This document shows, one piece after another, positions 36,961 to 47,029 of a DNA stretch of 64,000 nt (positions are counted from its first letter, which is position 1; every line of letters begins with the position of its first letter). This DNA is from Bacteroidota bacterium (lineage in GTDB: Bacteria > Bacteroidota > Bacteroidia > UKL13-3), in the NCBI GenBank assembly GCA_040387195.1, contig JAZKEF010000027.1, positions 113,831 through 177,830 on the forward strand, read 5' to 3'. Under the pieces are notes generated by a model. That model had not been told where the DNA came from. It made no database searches and saw only the letters and a list, made by a program, of their open reading frames with translations. A program made the translations under genes and the position numbers.

Positions 36961-37788
36961 CTATAACAGACCTTCAAAACATACATAAGGCCTCAGTTTC
37001 TCCGGAAGCTGAGGCTTTTTTTCATAGAGCGCATACATGGACGAACCACTTCCGCTCATGCTTGCATACAATGCTCCCGAATCATATAACGCGGATTTAA
37101 GTTCGGCCAAAAACGGCAGGGCTCGAAATACCGTATATTCAAAATCATTTTCAATGATTCCCTTCCACTGCGCAACGGGTACTCGGAGTTTCTCTTTTAA
37201 GGAATTACTGCTGTCAAACGTCTCCCTTCTCCTCACATTTTGATAAGCTGTTGCTGTGCTTGAGTGCAGTCCTGTTTGGAATAATACCAGGTAATACCCC
37301 GACAAATCAATTTGAACCGGCTCAAGTTCGTGACCCTTACCAAATGCATAAGTGGGTGTATTTTGGATAAAAAAAGCACAATCACTTCCCAATTGGGCTG
37401 CATATGACTCCATTTGTTCAACCGTAAGCTGCAACCCGAATTTTTGATTGAGCAACGTGATCATATAAGCCGCATCACTGCTTCCACCACCAAGTCCGGC
37501 ACCCATGGGAATAATTTTATGGAGGTGTACTTTTACCTTAGGTAACCCTATGCTTGTATGTAATAAGTTGTAAGCCTTCACAATGAGGTTGTCTTCAATC
37601 TTTCCCTCAACAGGAAGGCCGGAGGCCGTAAATACAATTTGTTCAGGTTGGGCATTTGCCTCAATTACCTCGAGTATATCGGTGAATTTCACCGGATAAA
37701 AAACGGTTTCTATATTATGAAAACCGTCTGTTCGCCTATTTATTACATGTAGCCCTAAATTGATTTTTATATTCGGAAAACAAATCAT
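36961..37788 (-). CDS. ispE: 4-(cytidine 5'-diphospho)-2-C-methyl-D-erythritol kinase
   Basis: KINLGLHV, the GHMP motif PMGAGLGGGSSDAA. The ATG at 37786-37788 (MICFPNIKINL) fits the family; the listed ORF extension to 37953 overlaps the neighbouring gene. Confidence 0.92.
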   Translation of the reverse strand: MICFPNIKINLGLHVINRRTDGFHNIETVFYPVKFTDILEVIEANAQPEQIVFTASGLPVEGKIEDNLIVKAYNLLHTSIGLPKVKVHLHKIIPMGAGLGGGSSDAAYMITLLNQKFGLQLTVEQMESYAAQLGSDCAFFIQNTPTYAFGKGHELEPVQIDLSGYYLVLFQTGLHSSTATAYQNVRRRETFDSSNSLKEKLRVPVAQWKGIIENDFEYTVFRALPFLAELKSALYDSGALYASMSGSGSSMYALYEKKPQLPEKLRPYVCFEGLL

Positions 37789-37834
37789 TGTTTCATTACC
37801 TTTACGTTTGCAAGTTGCATAATTCATTTTAAAA

Positions 37835-39097
37835 ATGCTTGAATATAAAATTGCTGTCGCATTATCCATCATCATATTTGTTTTGCTGATGGATATATAC
37901 TCCTGGCAAGGAGTAAAAACCTTTTTACGCCATAAAACAGCAGCCATCATCAACAGAGCAAAGCGTGTTCATTTCGGGTTTGGGGTACTGGCTGTTATTC
38001 TGTTTGTTTCTACCATATTTATTCCTGCTTTACAGAACAGTCATTATTTCAGAACCTATGTATCGGCAGCATTGGTTATCGTATACATCTCCAAACTTAT
38101 TCTATGCATTTTTCTGTTGGTGGATGATCTCCAGCAGCTCTTCAGGTGGTTGGCGCGCAAGGCTGCTCCTGCAAAGAAACAACCTTCGGAATTGCCAACC
38201 ATGACGCGGTCAAAGTTCTTGGCTACTACAGGTACGCTTGCGAGCGGCATTCCGTTGATTGTGCTCACCAAGGGAATATTTAAAGGAGCATACCAGTATA
38301 AAATACATCGTGTTCCGCTTTACCTTAAAAATCTCCCGCTGGCTTTTGAAGGACTCAGGGTGGGTCAGTTATCCGATATTCACACCGGCAGTTTGCTTGA
38401 TAAAGATTCGGTACATAAAGGAATTCAAATGCTGATGCAGGAGAAAACGGACGTTATATTTTTTACAGGTGATCTGGTGAATAACAGAACGGATGAAGCC
38501 TATCAGCTCATGGATCATTTTTCTGAAGTAAAAGCGCCAATGGGTGTATTTAGTATTTTTGGGAACCACGATTATGGCGACTATACCAGGTGGCCTAGTG
38601 TGGAAGCGAAAGAACAAAACCTGAAGGACCTGGTTGCCGTGCATAAGGATATGGGCTGGAATTTGATGCGGAATGACCATGTGATGCTGGAAAAAGGAAG
38701 TGAACGGATTGCTCTGATCGGGGTTGAAAACTGGGGTGACAAGGGCCGTTTTCAAAAATTCGGTGATTTGGATATGGCTATGGATAAAATGCCTGATGCT
38801 CCGGTTAAATTATTGCTCTCACACGATCCTTCTCACTTTGATAAGATTGTAACACAACAACCCCAGTACAAAGATATACAGGCAACTTTTAGCGGGCATA
38901 CGCACGGCTTTCAGTTTGGTATTGAAAATGCATTCATCAAATGGAGTCCGTCACAATACCTCTATCCTCACTGGGCAGGGTTGTATAAAGAAGGCAATCA
39001 GCAGATTTACGTGAACCGTGGTTACGGATTTTTAGGATATCCGGGAAGGGTTGGCATTTTACCCGAAATTACCATATTTGAATTAAGACGCGCGTAA
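37835..39097 (+). CDS. Membrane-anchored metallophosphoesterase
   Basis: N-terminal TM helices, then LSDIHTG, FTGDLVN, GNHDYG and SGHTHG calcineurin-like motifs. Confidence 0.88.
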   Translation: MLEYKIAVALSIIIFVLLMDIYSWQGVKTFLRHKTAAIINRAKRVHFGFGVLAVILFVSTIFIPALQNSHYFRTYVSAALVIVYISKLILCIFLLVDDLQQLFRWLARKAAPAKKQPSELPTMTRSKFLATTGTLASGIPLIVLTKGIFKGAYQYKIHRVPLYLKNLPLAFEGLRVGQLSDIHTGSLLDKDSVHKGIQMLMQEKTDVIFFTGDLVNNRTDEAYQLMDHFSEVKAPMGVFSIFGNHDYGDYTRWPSVEAKEQNLKDLVAVHKDMGWNLMRNDHVMLEKGSERIALIGVENWGDKGRFQKFGDLDMAMDKMPDAPVKLLLSHDPSHFDKIVTQQPQYKDIQATFSGHTHGFQFGIENAFIKWSPSQYLYPHWAGLYKEGNQQIYVNRGYGFLGYPGRVGILPEITIFELRRA

Positions 39098-39099
39098 CA

Positions 39100-39624
39100 C
39101 TAATCATTCAGGTAACGCTCATGCATAATTTTCCGGTGGTGTAATTCATGTCCGAGTATGCTAAACAATAACGCCTTGGGCGTAACCGGTTTGCCATTTG
39201 CATTACCCGATTGATCCATCATCTCAGCAGTAAAACTCTTGAACAATTCGATAGTTGAAGCTCTGAGCAATGAAAATTCCCGTACCATATCATTGATATT
39301 CCGGCCGGTTGCATTGCCAGAAGCAGCGTAATCGTTCTCTTCAAATCCCGGCAGTGCTTGGGATTCCTTTCTTGCGAAACACAAAGCACGGTAGCAGAAA
39401 ATACGTTCCGTATCCATTACATGCTGTAAGATATCGAGTATGGTCCATTTCCCTTCTGCGTACCTGTAATGCAATGTTTCCGGATCCAGAGACGTTACCA
39501 ACTCCATCGTGTCCATGTAAGCCTGGTAAAGTTCTATATAAATATCTTCTCCTTTAACCAATGAAATGTAGGTATCAAAATAAGGAGGATAGGTTCCCTG
39601 AACAGGTCTGGCAATAGCTGTCAT
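39100..39624 (-). CDS. DinB-family protein
   Basis: 174 aa. Four-helix-bundle pattern with His triad candidates (ILQHVMDTERIF; ILGHELHHRKI). Confidence 0.85.
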   Translation of the reverse strand: MTAIARPVQGTYPPYFDTYISLVKGEDIYIELYQAYMDTMELVTSLDPETLHYRYAEGKWTILDILQHVMDTERIFCYRALCFARKESQALPGFEENDYAASGNATGRNINDMVREFSLLRASTIELFKSFTAEMMDQSGNANGKPVTPKALLFSILGHELHHRKIMHERYLND

Positions 39625-39630
39625 ATTGTA

Positions 39631-41112
39631 TTATTTTTTTCGGGAAGCAAGGTAAATATAATAGTTTTCATCCGGCACCATTGCATCCTCAAATTTTTTG
39701 ATCAATACCCATTGTGAGCTTTTCGATGCAATCGAATCCTGCATGAATCCTCTAAATGATTCATTTGCAACGGGCAATAGGTAAGAGATTATAATCACCG
39801 CCTTTTGCTGTGCCTGTACCAAAGAGTCCGTTTGGTGCAAAAATAATTCAGGTGTTAGTGGCCTACTGCGTTTGTTGCTCCAAACCATATATCGTCCGTT
39901 GGCCCGGGTCTCCATGTAAAATACTGGTTTATTCAACCAGTAACTTATGGGTGAAATAGTATAATCAAGTCCTCCTGTAATGGGATACGAATCCAGCTTT
40001 TGCTCCCGGATGTAGGCTGCAACCCTTTTCCCATTGCTGAATGTTTGTGTGTAATCTGCATAAAACAATCCACATCCGGTAACCAACTGACATCCCAATA
40101 CACACATAAGTAAAACGTTCAATCCCCTCTTGTTTTTTACCGTACCCTCTTTAAACGTGAACCAATAACCAGCCATCAGTATCAGAAAAAAATGACCCAA
40201 AAACCGAGCGGAATCCATATTAGTAACAGTAAGAAGAAGAACCATTGAAAGTGTTGAGCACACATAAAAAAACAATACCCGTTTGTGCTGATAAAATAAC
40301 ACAACACATACAACAAACAGCACAATGGAAATTGCCAGATCAAGCGGATATTGATCTCTCATATGAACGGTGCTCCACCCGAACAAGTCGGGCCAATAAG
40401 CAATGTAGAAATAACTGTCGTGCAACTGTGAAAACACCGTTTGCAATTGTTTGCCCGAAAAATGTGTGCTGTAAATATTATCGGGTTCGGGGTAAATTTG
40501 CCAGGCAGCAACAATCAACCCCAAACCAAGTAAAATCAACCCAATAGCATATTCTTTCACTATAGAAACAATACTCTTTTTTTGCAACCATTCCTGCACC
40601 ACAACTGTAGTTCCAAAACAGCAGGCTAATACGCATCCTGTTGCCGAGGTATTAGCCATCAAAACAAGTATTACCCAACTCCACACCGATTGTGGTTTGA
40701 TACACAGGTAACACACCCAAAATAATAAAATGACTCCGTAACTGCGTGAGAGGATGCAATATTGAAACAGCGGATAAAAGCCGAAAACGAATACTGTTTT
40801 TTGCACCCAGTTAAACGGACTGAATCTGCAAAAAAGAAATACCGCTGTTGACGTTACACAGATACTGAGTAGTTGTATTGCCACAATATCTTCGGTACAT
40901 TGGGCAATACCATATAACAACAGATACCAAAGCATCGGGTGCCCTTCGTAACGACAATTCTCAAAGAGTTGCCTCAATGACTGCGCATCAATAACCAGCA
41001 ACCATGCCTGAATCTCATCCCTCCAGAGTTCGTGATGATATGCCCCAACCATAGCTACACCTATAAACAGCAATGTAACAACACAAGACCTGATGAGGGT
41101 TGCAGACATCAT
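39631..41112 (-). CDS. Polytopic membrane protein, possibly a GT-C-fold glycosyltransferase
   Basis: 493 aa, about 10 or more hydrophobic helices. WRDE acidic motif after TM1 and YEGHPMLWYLLL resemble the first-loop DE and HPPL-type motifs of GT-C enzymes. C-terminal soluble domain. The function call is tentative. Confidence 0.7.
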   Translation of the reverse strand: MMSATLIRSCVVTLLFIGVAMVGAYHHELWRDEIQAWLLVIDAQSLRQLFENCRYEGHPMLWYLLLYGIAQCTEDIVAIQLLSICVTSTAVFLFCRFSPFNWVQKTVFVFGFYPLFQYCILSRSYGVILLFWVCYLCIKPQSVWSWVILVLMANTSATGCVLACCFGTTVVVQEWLQKKSIVSIVKEYAIGLILLGLGLIVAAWQIYPEPDNIYSTHFSGKQLQTVFSQLHDSYFYIAYWPDLFGWSTVHMRDQYPLDLAISIVLFVVCVVLFYQHKRVLFFYVCSTLSMVLLLTVTNMDSARFLGHFFLILMAGYWFTFKEGTVKNKRGLNVLLMCVLGCQLVTGCGLFYADYTQTFSNGKRVAAYIREQKLDSYPITGGLDYTISPISYWLNKPVFYMETRANGRYMVWSNKRSRPLTPELFLHQTDSLVQAQQKAVIIISYLLPVANESFRGFMQDSIASKSSQWVLIKKFEDAMVPDENYYIYLASRKK

Positions 41113-41114
41113 TT

Positions 41115-44100
41115 CTAAAATGCCCTGTTAATCCCCAGCACCCATCTGAATTTTATATACTCAGAATCTACAAACGGTGTATTATTGAGGAACAACGGCA
41201 TGTCAAACCGAATGGTGAGCGGTCGTATTTCATCGCGCCCGCCCCAGCGTTTTACGGTAAGGGCAAACCCTGCTCCTGCACTCACCATGAGTGGTGAAGT
41301 GATGTTTGCAAAAGATGCGGGCACAACAGTTTCGGCAATAAGAGGATTGTTGCTTTGCAGCATGCCTGCATCACCAAAGAGATAACTATCCAGATGGAAA
41401 ATTCTCAGGAATCCTTTGGGTGGAATGGTTATCAATTTATCATAATCGAGTTCCACATTGATGGATGCACCTGAATTTCCCTTATATAAAAAGTATTGAT
41501 TACCATTAGCGGAAACAGGAGCTAAATAACCAGCGTATCCTCTGATGTTTAATCCTCCGCCATACTGGAAATTATTAACGTTATCGCCATACACAAACAA
41601 GTCCTGAGGAATAACACCGGCCGCTCGGACATACTTATTCTCCGCCATCTCTTCGGGATTTGCTCCGGCTAAAAACAACTGAGATTCGGGCGCAGCATTT
41701 GAACCCGTCATGTATTGTGCAAATATTCTTGTCCTCAATTCGAGTGCAGCAATATCTTTTTGGTTCACAACATTCAGAAATACTGATGCATAATCAAAAT
41801 CGCTGTATAATGCAGAAGCGCGTGTTCCTGCGATAATTTTTCCGGAACCCACACCTGCAGCATATTTATGCTCTACTTCAAGGTTCAATGTATTGTTCCA
41901 TTGGTTGTGTGAACTGATGGTAGGATAAAACGAAACCGTTTGAATGGTGACAGGAACATATGCAGCTAAATAATACAGCTGAACCCTGCGCATGCTTTTG
42001 GCAAAAACGCGGAATATGGTATTTTGATGCGTTTTTTCTATTGCAATCCTGTTCATAAACAGTCCGTCAATCATCCGCGTTTGGATATTGAGGTCCGTAA
42101 ACTTTGCTATACGTGTCATGTAATACGCGCGGTAATGTACAGGATATCTTTCGCTGCTTTGTTTGTATATATTGTCTTCGTAATTTGCTCCTGCAGTGCT
42201 ATTAAACCATGCTGTTACGCTGAACAGATGTCGTTGATGCTCATAATGTCCGGTGAGGTTCAACCCCGCTTTCATTCCATCATAATTATTATACCAAACA
42301 TCGGGTCTCCATTTCAATAAGTAATGTTTGCGGTCGAATGCATCAATCTTTAAATCATTGAGGGTAAAATAAACGGGACATTTGGTGCTGTTGTTTAACT
42401 GGTTGATATCGGCCAGCCGATAAGTGGGGTCAATCTGTACATTTTTAATCTTCAGGTTCCGGGGTAACAAAATAGTGGCTTCATATTCCTTGTTAAGCAC
42501 TCCCCAACCTCTCCATACAGGCAGTACGGTTGTTTTCGTATCGTGCGGTTTCACAAAATAGGTATTCGGAATAATGTATTTGAATTGCTGCGAATCTTGT
42601 GTGTAAATTGTAAAATCCAACGGCATTTGCATGGTACCCTTCCGTTTGAATTCTATTTCATACACTGCAGAATCTTTACCGGCATTTAGTCCTTCCTTTT
42701 CAACTTCTTCAATACTGTAATCAATACGTTTCGTTGTTTCAATCCACTGATCAAAAAACCAGTTCAAGTCGGTATGCGTGTATTGAATAATAGAGTTACG
42801 AAAATCCTCGTAATACGGGTGGGCCATTTTCCATTGGTTAAAATAATGCTGCATGGCCTTTTGAAACAAACTATCACCTAACACATATTGCAGATTATAG
42901 AGCATGGTTCCTGTTTTATAATACACGTGTCCATAACCTCCACCGTGATTTAAAGCTCCACCAAAATCATCACTGTGCGTATTTAAGGTAACATCATTCT
43001 CATTGATGGCATCGCGCAGGTAACCCCAGTAAATAGTTTGATCCGCGCGAGTCATTGGATGGAGATTACTTTTTGATGGTTTGTTTTCACCGAAAATTTT
43101 AGTCATGCTCCAAACAGTTAAAAACTGCGTAAATCCTTCGTCCAAACTGGCTCGATACGTTTCATTATTTCCCACCATGCCAAAAAACCAGTTGTGTCCG
43201 ATTTCGTGTGCAAACAATCCATAATAATTCGGACTGAGTCCATTGTCGAGGGTGAGCATCGGATATTCCATTCCATCACGCGAATCGGCTACAATCATTT
43301 TAGGATAAGCATAGGTGCCGATATCTTTGGAATACAAACCAATTACCCTTGCATTAAAAGCTGCTGCATCCTGCCATTTGGAGGAGTGTGGTTCTTGCGA
43401 TAAGGAAATGCAGGAAACTTTCTCTCCATTATCCAATGTTATAATTTCTTCACCAATACGGAATGTAGGATCCGCAACCCATGCAAAATCGTGTGTGTTG
43501 ATGGATTTGAATTTCCATGTTTTGGTGCTGCCATCGGGTGTAATAATGTTGGATGGTTCCGAATCAATCGGTTTATCCTTAAAGTTTGCAACATCCAACT
43601 TTTTACGCAGGTCATCAGGCATTACCTCTTCCCTGTTTTGCAATTCTCCCGTTGCATCTACAATGTAATTATTGGGAAAAGTGAGCTCCACATCGTAACT
43701 GCCAAAATCCCCATAAAACTCTTTGCCCAAATGCTGGTCGGTTTCCCACCCGAATTTACTGTCGTATACACAAATGCGCGGATACCAATGTACACCGTCA
43801 TATTGTTTATTTCCCCATGCATCTTTAAACGTTTTCATCCTTCTGCGCTGATTCCCTTCTCCATCAAAATATGTTTTAAACTTAATGCGGATAGTCATGC
43901 TTTGATTGGGTAAAATGGGTTGCTGCAAATCCAACCTCATAATGCTGTAATCAATAACAGGTTTTACTTCATACCGGTTCACCATCGGATCAATTGCTGC
44001 GCGTTTACCTTCTTCATCTGTATAAGCAGGTGGTGTAATCACTGAAATAATTTCTACCTTTTCAATCTCGGTTCCTTTTCCAGCATTTTCGTATGGACCA

Positions 44101-44429
44101 AACCGTTGTTCAAAATCATTGGCCAGGTTCAATTGCTCCAGGTAACCGCCTTTGATAAATGCATTCTGATACAAATGGAAATACACAAACGCCAATGTAT
44201 CGGGTGAATTATTATAATACACCAACTCTTCTTCTCCATCCACAATATCCGTTTTGTCGTTTACAGCCACCCTTATTTTATACGCAACATCCTGTTGCCA
44301 GTATGCCGCATGTGGTTTTCTATTTTTCCAGTAATATGGATTGGAAACATCCCGGTAAGGTTTGTTTTGAGCAAAACTTGCGTATGCTCCAAAAACGCTA
44401 ATGAGTAGTAAGTATATTTTTGTTTTCAT
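41115..44429 (-). CDS. M1-family zinc metallopeptidase fused to an Omp85-like C-terminal beta-barrel
   Basis: Signal MKTKIYLLLISVFGAYASFAQ. GMEYP, then HEIGH-X18-E (HEIGH codons 43194-43208). C-terminal ~400 aa carry GGGLNIRGY (41535-41561) and a terminal ...GINRAF. Confidence 0.85.
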   Translation of the reverse strand: MKTKIYLLLISVFGAYASFAQNKPYRDVSNPYYWKNRKPHAAYWQQDVAYKIRVAVNDKTDIVDGEEELVYYNNSPDTLAFVYFHLYQNAFIKGGYLEQLNLANDFEQRFGPYENAGKGTEIEKVEIISVITPPAYTDEEGKRAAIDPMVNRYEVKPVIDYSIMRLDLQQPILPNQSMTIRIKFKTYFDGEGNQRRRMKTFKDAWGNKQYDGVHWYPRICVYDSKFGWETDQHLGKEFYGDFGSYDVELTFPNNYIVDATGELQNREEVMPDDLRKKLDVANFKDKPIDSEPSNIITPDGSTKTWKFKSINTHDFAWVADPTFRIGEEIITLDNGEKVSCISLSQEPHSSKWQDAAAFNARVIGLYSKDIGTYAYPKMIVADSRDGMEYPMLTLDNGLSPNYYGLFAHEIGHNWFFGMVGNNETYRASLDEGFTQFLTVWSMTKIFGENKPSKSNLHPMTRADQTIYWGYLRDAINENDVTLNTHSDDFGGALNHGGGYGHVYYKTGTMLYNLQYVLGDSLFQKAMQHYFNQWKMAHPYYEDFRNSIIQYTHTDLNWFFDQWIETTKRIDYSIEEVEKEGLNAGKDSAVYEIEFKRKGTMQMPLDFTIYTQDSQQFKYIIPNTYFVKPHDTKTTVLPVWRGWGVLNKEYEATILLPRNLKIKNVQIDPTYRLADINQLNNSTKCPVYFTLNDLKIDAFDRKHYLLKWRPDVWYNNYDGMKAGLNLTGHYEHQRHLFSVTAWFNSTAGANYEDNIYKQSSERYPVHYRAYYMTRIAKFTDLNIQTRMIDGLFMNRIAIEKTHQNTIFRVFAKSMRRVQLYYLAAYVPVTIQTVSFYPTISSHNQWNNTLNLEVEHKYAAGVGSGKIIAGTRASALYSDFDYASVFLNVVNQKDIAALELRTRIFAQYMTGSNAAPESQLFLAGANPEEMAENKYVRAAGVIPQDLFVYGDNVNNFQYGGGLNIRGYAGYLAPVSANGNQYFLYKGNSGASINVELDYDKLITIPPKGFLRIFHLDSYLFGDAGMLQSNNPLIAETVVPASFANITSPLMVSAGAGFALTVKRWGGRDEIRPLTIRFDMPLFLNNTPFVDSEYIKFRWVLGINRAF

Positions 44430-44532
44430 CTATAATTCGTTTGTTACATATGTGGAGTATGTTACTTGTGTTAATTTGTGAGATCCATTAAATGCCTAAT
44501 AAACACAATCAACATCATTAACTGACTTCCCC

Positions 44533-45066
44533 TTAGTCTTTACTCTTGTCCCCCACAAACTGATCGTGCGGAAATTTAAACAATACATTGAAGGATGTAA
44601 GCGAACCGTATATTTTGGTGATATACTGTTGCATATTCACCTTGTCTTCGTCTGTTAATTTATCGTGTGCATTGATGCGCTGTTCCATTACACGCAGCCT
44701 GTCGCGTAGCATCACAATTTTATGAAAGAATGTATCAATCGGCATTTCTTTATTGGCCATGGTAGCATCCCCCGGTTGCAAAATCATTTTCCCACCTGTC
44801 CATTTAGCTCCTAAACTCACATGTTCGGGCATCTCGGTCCAGCGTTGTAAAATACCGATCAAGGTACGTTCAAGTTCTGCGTTGCTAATCAAATCTTCCG
44901 GTGGCTCAACCGCTTCAATCACTTCCAGTACATTGTGCTCACGGGATATATCCTTGCGCCCTTCATTGATAAACGTAATGCTGTATTGATTGCTTTTTAC
45001 ATTCACCACCACTCCGTCACCATAGGTTGCATGTTTCACGCGTGATCCGATTCCTAATTCTGTCAT
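44533..45066 (-). CDS. Conserved hypothetical protein
   Basis: 177-aa ORF. N-terminal GSRVKHATYGDGVVV beta-hairpin-like motif. No confident family assignment. Confidence 0.65.
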   Translation of the reverse strand: MTELGIGSRVKHATYGDGVVVNVKSNQYSITFINEGRKDISREHNVLEVIEAVEPPEDLISNAELERTLIGILQRWTEMPEHVSLGAKWTGGKMILQPGDATMANKEMPIDTFFHKIVMLRDRLRVMEQRINAHDKLTDEDKVNMQQYITKIYGSLTSFNVLFKFPHDQFVGDKSKD

Positions 45067-45141
45067 TGGGTTTTGGTTTAAACCTGCAAGATGGGAATTC
45101 TGTCTGTTTCCACAAATCTTTTCCTTATAATTGAAGATAGA

Positions 45142-46257
45142 ATGAGCACGAATACCTTAACTGTTAAAGATATTACCCAATGGCTCGAGTCATTGGCCCC
45201 CCTCGAACTTCAGGAGAATTATGACAATGCAGGATTGCTGACCGGCCATCCGGCACAGGGAGTTACAAAAATAATGGTTTCGCTGGATGCAACAGAAGCG
45301 GTGATTGACGAAGCCATTGCACAAAACTGTGAAATGGTGATCGCGCATCATCCCATTATTTTTGGTGGACTCAAAAAACTGAATGGCAAGAACTATGTGG
45401 AACGTACGGTTATTAAGGCCATCAAAAACGATATTGCCATCTATGCCATTCATACAAACCTTGATAATATTCACAACGGGGTAAACAAAAAAATTGGTAC
45501 CAGGCTGGGACTGCAAAACATGCGCATCCTGGCTCCGGTTAAAGGAAACTTGAAAAAGCTTTCCGTGTTTGTTCCGAAAGACCACCTGACTGCCGTTCAG
45601 GATGCATTGTTCGCGGCAGGTTGCGGAAATATCGGAAACTATGCCGGTTGCAGTTTTCTATCGGACGGAACAGGAACATATACTGCCAATGACCAGGCCA
45701 ACCCTTTTGCCGGAGAAAAAGGGAAGCCCCATGAAGAGGCTGAGGTAAAAATGGAGACCATTTTCCCGGCCCATCTTCAATACCAGGTGATGACGGCATT
45801 GCTTCAAACGCATCCTTATGAAGAGGTTGCCTACGATATTTATTCCCTTGATAATGAGAATACCCAAACAGGATCGGGTATGATTGGGACGCTGGAAGAA
45901 CCCTTATCGAAAGTTGATTTTTTGAAACATATCCAACAACGTATGGATGTTAAAAACATCAGGTACACAGAAACCGCTGCTAGTCAAATACATAAGGTAG
46001 CAATATGTGGCGGGGCGGGCAGCTTCCTGATTAAAAACGCAATTGCCTCAGGAGCAGACGCTTTTGTAACAGCCGATGTAAAATATCACGAATTTTTTGA
46101 TGCTGAAAACCGCCTGATGATAGCGGATATTGGTCATTATGAGAGCGAAATTTTCACCAAGGAGCTTTTAAAGGATGTAATTCTTGAAAAATTTCCTACA
46201 TTTGCGGTCCTTTTATCGGAAACTATAACGAATCCAATTAATTATTTTAATTCATAA
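45142..46257 (+). CDS. Nif3-like dinuclear metal centre protein (GTP cyclohydrolase 1 type 2 homologue, long form)
   Basis: ENYDNAGLLTG, AHHPIIFGG, AIYAIHTNLDN, a PII-like insertion, C-terminal ADIGHYESE. Start at the ATG 45142. Confidence 0.92.
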   Translation: MSTNTLTVKDITQWLESLAPLELQENYDNAGLLTGHPAQGVTKIMVSLDATEAVIDEAIAQNCEMVIAHHPIIFGGLKKLNGKNYVERTVIKAIKNDIAIYAIHTNLDNIHNGVNKKIGTRLGLQNMRILAPVKGNLKKLSVFVPKDHLTAVQDALFAAGCGNIGNYAGCSFLSDGTGTYTANDQANPFAGEKGKPHEEAEVKMETIFPAHLQYQVMTALLQTHPYEEVAYDIYSLDNENTQTGSGMIGTLEEPLSKVDFLKHIQQRMDVKNIRYTETAASQIHKVAICGGAGSFLIKNAIASGADAFVTADVKYHEFFDAENRLMIADIGHYESEIFTKELLKDVILEKFPTFAVLLSETITNPINYFNS

Positions 46258-46259
46258 AT

Positions 46260-47012
46260 ATGGCAGCAGCAACTGAAATCAGTGTTGAACAAAAACTAAA
46301 AGCCCTTTACAAGCTTCAGGTTATCGACTCAAAAATTGACAAGTTAAGATCGGTACGTGGCGAACTTCCAATGGAAGTGGCAGACCTTGAAGACGAAATT
46401 GCCGGATTAAATACCCGTATGGATAATATCAAAAACGATATTAAACATTCAGAAGAAAATATCTCGACCAATAAAACAAAGATTGTTGATGCCAAAGCGC
46501 TGATCAAAAAATACGAGAAGCAATTGGATAACGTAAAAAACAACCGTGAGTTTGATGCCCTGAACAAGGAAATCGAGATTCAGGGATTGGAAGTATTGGC
46601 CGCTGAAAAGCGTATCAAAAACAACCAGTTTGATATCGAATCTAAAAAACAAAATTCAGAAACACTTGCGTTGGAACTGGATGGCAGAAACCAGGATTTG
46701 AAAAACAAAAAAGGTGAGCTTGATATGATCGTTGAAGAAACGGAGAAAGAAGAAAAACACCTTCTTGACAGCCGCTCGGAAGCATCTTCGGTAATTGAAG
46801 ACCGCTTGTTGACTTCTTACAACAAAATCAGAGCTAGCGTTAAAAACGGAATCGGTGTGGCACAAATCGTACGCGATAGCTGCGGAGGATGTTTTGCTAA
46901 GATCCCACCTCAACGTCAATCAGACATTAAACAACGTAAAAAAATCCTGGTATGCGAACACTGTGGCCGTGTATTGGTAGACAATACGCTTGCTGAAGAA
47001 GTAGCTATCTAA
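46260..47012 (+). CDS. Coiled-coil zinc-ribbon protein (COG1579-type Nif3 partner)
   Basis: 250 aa. Long heptad-rich region, then CGGCFAKIPPQ...CEHCGRVL, a C4 zinc ribbon. Starts 3 nt after the Nif3 stop. Confidence 0.85.
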   Translation: MAAATEISVEQKLKALYKLQVIDSKIDKLRSVRGELPMEVADLEDEIAGLNTRMDNIKNDIKHSEENISTNKTKIVDAKALIKKYEKQLDNVKNNREFDALNKEIEIQGLEVLAAEKRIKNNQFDIESKKQNSETLALELDGRNQDLKNKKGELDMIVEETEKEEKHLLDSRSEASSVIEDRLLTSYNKIRASVKNGIGVAQIVRDSCGGCFAKIPPQRQSDIKQRKKILVCEHCGRVLVDNTLAEEVAI

Positions 47013-47029
47013 GATTACTTATTATATCT

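Noticed and set aside
37789-37953. 55-codon N-terminal extension of the ispE ORF
   Set aside because: It overlaps the divergent metallophosphoesterase start and has no IspE similarity. The family N-terminus begins at MICFPNIKINLGLHV.
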